DNA of 18,603 bases, from the NCBI GenBank assembly GCA_031409335.1, contig JANNWY010000294.1, positions 1-18,603 of the forward strand, in the 5' to 3' direction. A program made the position numbers and the translations under genes. Of this stretch, positions 15,996 to 18,603 are shown piece by piece. The stretch's first letter is position 1. Each line of letters starts with the position of its first letter. The notes below the pieces were generated by a model. The model did not search any database and was not told where the DNA came from. It was given only the letters and a program-made list of their open reading frames with translations. This DNA is from Chthoniobacteraceae bacterium. Its GTDB lineage: Bacteria > Verrucomicrobiota > Verrucomicrobiia > Chthoniobacterales > Chthoniobacteraceae.

Positions 15996-17175
15996 TCCAC
16001 GAATCAAGCGGCCTTTTTGTGAGCGGCTTGGGCCGGGACATCGCGGCTTCCGCCGCTGCTGCCTTGGCGAGCTGCGCGCGCTCGTAGCTTTCCGTATTGC
16101 TGCCGAAAACTTCGGTGTAGGTCGTCATAATCAGCTTTCCCCCGTCGCTATGGCCCTGCCACTGCGCGATCACCTTTACATCCACACCCTGCTCCCACAG
16201 GCGTTTGATGCGCATCGCACGCAGGTTGCGTTGAGTGAAGTGCGGCAGCCCGAGGCGCTGAGTCGCGCCGCGGAGAGCGTTCTTCACATTCTTGACCTTG
16301 AAAACCGGCCCACGGGCATTTGGTCCCGCATCGGCGCGCAGTTTATTCAAGAGTGGCTTTAGCCAAGGGAAAATCGGCGTGTTGAATGCGCGCTGCGTTT
16401 TCTTGCGGCGGTAGTGGATCACGTCGCGCTCGTCGTCGATGTCCTCCCAATCCAAGCCCACCGCCTCTGCCTGACCAATGCCCGCCCCGCCCAGGTATTC
16501 GGCGAAATCCGCGCTGTCGTGCTGATACATCGGCCGCTGTCCGCCGTGTTTGCCATTCTCGACCTTCCAGTTCGGTTGACGAATTTCGGCGATGATCTTT
16601 TCAAATTCATCCGGGGAAGGGATGAGGCGGATGATGGGTTCCTTTTTCGCCTTCCGAATGATCTTCGGATCGAACGGGTTTTTCGCGATCACCGTGTCGG
16701 ACACGGCAAAGTCAAACAGGGCGCGAGCGAAGGCCCGGAATTGATTGCGTGTCGAGGGCCGCTTGCCTTTGCCGACGAGACCAACCCAAGTCGCGATGTC
16801 CGAGTTGAGCACGCGCGCCACGAGAGTGTCCATCGGGCGGGGAAACAACTCCCGAAATCTGGCGATCCGTCCGCTCTCGCCGACTTTTGTGGAGTGGGCG
16901 ATGTCGCTTCGCGCGGAGGTATATTTTACGAGCAGCATGTGGAGCGTCAGGTCGCGATTTCCCGGGTCCACTTTCTGGAGGTCGCCCAACCATTCGGCGA
17001 GTTTTCCATCCGCAGTCTTTCGATCCGCCGTTTCGAACGCGTGAATGAATCGCTTACCAGCGATTTTTCTCACGCCCCAATACGACTGGTTCTCCCGGTG
17101 ACGAAAAAGATTTGGAGCCACCGTTTCGAGAAGTGCAAATGTTCCGCGGTTCTTGCCTTCGGTCTTCGTTTTCAT
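15949..17175 (-). CDS. Tyrosine recombinase / phage-type integrase with variant catalytic motifs
   Basis: Core-binding region (STRNQFRAFARALFDFAV...KNP), box I-like GAGIGQAEAVGLDWEDID, RKKT, box II-like QRNLR...GVDVKVIAQWQGHSDGGKLIMTTY. Start trimmed to ATG 17175 because the longer ORF crosses the tRNA fragment. Confidence 0.9.
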   Translation of the reverse strand: MKTKTEGKNRGTFALLETVAPNLFRHRENQSYWGVRKIAGKRFIHAFETADRKTADGKLAEWLGDLQKVDPGNRDLTLHMLLVKYTSARSDIAHSTKVGESGRIARFRELFPRPMDTLVARVLNSDIATWVGLVGKGKRPSTRNQFRAFARALFDFAVSDTVIAKNPFDPKIIRKAKKEPIIRLIPSPDEFEKIIAEIRQPNWKVENGKHGGQRPMYQHDSADFAEYLGGAGIGQAEAVGLDWEDIDDERDVIHYRRKKTQRAFNTPIFPWLKPLLNKLRADAGPNARGPVFKVKNVKNALRGATQRLGLPHFTQRNLRAMRIKRLWEQGVDVKVIAQWQGHSDGGKLIMTTYTEVFGSNTESYERAQLAKAAAAEAAMSRPKPLTKRPLDSWINSSSRGGFPRPRRE

Positions 17176-17259
17176 GGTGGCAACAACGATAGGGGCTACC
17201 ACCACTTTTCCCCGAAAAGAGCAATCGCCTGGAAATCCTTTACCAACCTTGGTTTCAAG

Positions 17260-17304
17260 TGGTCGGGCCGGCGGGATTCGAACCCGCGACCTCTTGAACC
17301 CCAT
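17260..17304 (-). mobile_element. att site: 3' part of tRNA-Pro(GGG), from the anticodon loop to CCA; not an intact tRNA
   Basis: Minus strand reads ATGGGGTTCAAGAGGTCGCGGGTTCGAATCCCGCCGGCCCGACCA: GGG anticodon, T-arm GCGGG-TTCGAAT-CCCGC and ACCA end. No D-arm or 5' acceptor strand upstream. Confidence 0.88.
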
Positions 17305-17320
17305 AGAAAAAAACGCATTT

Positions 17321-17476
17321 TCGGCACTTGTCGGCATCATCTGGCATGACGCGGCACAGTGCGGCAAAATGCTGAAAAATCCTGTTGTGAAGCGGCTCGG
17401 CGGGCGATGAAAGCCATGCACGGCGCGGCACAGCGCGGCACCCCGTAAAACCGCCGGGATATACGCGGGGATATAC
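17321..17476 (+). repeat. Short phased direct repeats beside the att core (candidate Xis and arm-type binding sites)
   Basis: GGCA at 17323, 17333, 17343, 17353 and 17363 (exact 10-bp period), again at 17427 and 17437. GGGATATAC at 17456 and 17468. Confidence 0.7.
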
Positions 17477-17786
17477 AGCGGGAATGCACCGCCGACGCTT
17501 GTGAGCCTGAATCATGATTCGGAAAGGAGGGTGCGGGCGATGAAGGCGTGGCACAGGCGGGAACGGGAGGTTTTTCACCGAGGCTGCCACGGTTTTCTGC
17601 CGAGAGAGTGGGCCAGCAGGAAGACAAGGAGTCTCGAAGACGGGTGGCTCGGGGAAACGAGATCGAGAAGCTGATTGAGCGCCGAGTCGAAGCTCCCAAA
17701 CGGGAGCCTTTGTGGCCGTCATTCTCAATAGCAAGGAGGTGACCCAATGAAGACTACCTAAAACCATCCACATCTCTCAGCACAAA

Positions 17787-17819
17787 GGGCCTTGGCAAGT
17801 TGGTCGCTTGCCAAGACCC
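17787..17819. repeat. Inverted repeat / hairpin (possible oriT-like stem)
   Basis: CTTGGCAAG-N7-CTTGCCAAG (17791-17815), extended by GGG/CCC after one mismatch. Confidence 0.5.
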
Positions 17820-18603
17820 CGGAAGTTTTTGGGTCAAGATCAACCCGTATCTAGCGCGGCGAGCCTTGATTCCGAGAGCGCGCGAGTCAAGGAAAAATGC
17901 CGAGTTTTTCCCGCCGGGAGGCTTTGCCTTCATGCCGGCGGAATGAAGACAGTCGCCAACGCTGCCGCGGACGACGCCCTGGCAACGCGGCGACATGCCG
18001 TGCCCGCTTGCGAGGGTGGCTCCATATGGTTGCCAAGCGTTCGCCGATTTGGGGCGACGTGGACATTGAGGCGTTCTGCGCGACCACCGGATTCAGCCGC
18101 GAGCACGCGACGCGCGAACTGTCACGACTGCGGCTAAGTTGCGGCCTTGCCTTTGAAACGAAGCAACGTCGCAAGCGCGGCGCGAAAAAGAGCACTTGGG
18201 GTGTGATGGTGGCCGATCCGGCCAAGCTCCTTTTCGACAAGCATTCGCTTTTTTACGACCGCAAAGGACGGTGCCTGCACAACTACACCACGCTTGCGGA
18301 CGAAGGTGAAAAAATCACACCGACGATTACCCTCCCCCACCCTGCATCTCGACCGCGCGGGAGGCCTCGCACCCGACCAGTTACCGTTAGCGACGCAAAA
18401 CGTCCACGGGGGCGACCGCGCAAGGATTTCATGCCGCCGCCGACAAGCGCCGAAGGCTCTCCCAAATCCCCTGTTGCTCCCGTGTCGGAACAAGATGGGT
18501 ACGTCCGTTTTCCCTGTTCAAAAATACCCGATAATCACCAAGGCTGTGACAATCCACTGAACAAGGATTCCTACGGAATACAGCAGTCAGATTTATACGG
18601 CGC

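Noticed and set aside
17260..17336. Intact tRNA-Pro gene
   Set aside because: No D-arm, 5' anticodon stem or 5' acceptor strand upstream of the anticodon loop.
17176..17421. 82-aa N-terminal extension of the integrase ORF
   Set aside because: It runs through the tRNA fragment and the repeats. ATG 17175 gives a typical ~408-aa integrase.
17321..17476. CRISPR array or iterons
   Set aside because: The repeats are only 4-16 bp with no repeat-spacer structure, and there is no cas or rep gene.
17660..17712. Hammerhead-like CTGATTGAG...GAAG plus hairpin
   Set aside because: The core deviates from CUGANGA/GAAA, and stems I and II are not evident.
17754..18560. ORFs at the right end (17808..18137, 17887..18240, 18134..18493, 18294..18560)
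   Set aside because: Arg/Ala/Ser-rich, mutually overlapping and without recognisable motifs; probably spurious.

Overview
GC-rich bacterial accessory region. The PEP-CTERM gene, the DUF1552/DUF1592 pair and the XRE/integrase sequences suggest Verrucomicrobia or another PVC lineage (inference). Left to right: (1) probable end of an IS1634-like element (1-137) that truncates autotransporter-repeat (PATR) surface-protein gene copy A; (2) a LuxR HTH remnant; (3) a minus-strand DUF1592 (CxxCH) / DUF1552 / DUF1080 cluster; (4) truncated paralog copy B, which lies in a block that is a circularly permuted copy of the A locus; (5) intact PEP-CTERM paralog copy C; (6) a divergently transcribed GH16-GH39 fusion glycosidase; (7) a further PATR gene remnant; (8) an integrative-element module of four tandem XRE paralogs (one or two frameshifted), an excisionase and a tyrosine integrase with a non-canonical active site, next to a tRNA-Pro(GGG) 3' fragment (att site) and phased repeats; (9) a hairpin-rich non-coding tail. 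All three surface-protein paralogs carry the same upstream palindrome TTATCCG-N2-CGGATAA. All calls were made by eye from motifs; no searches were run.
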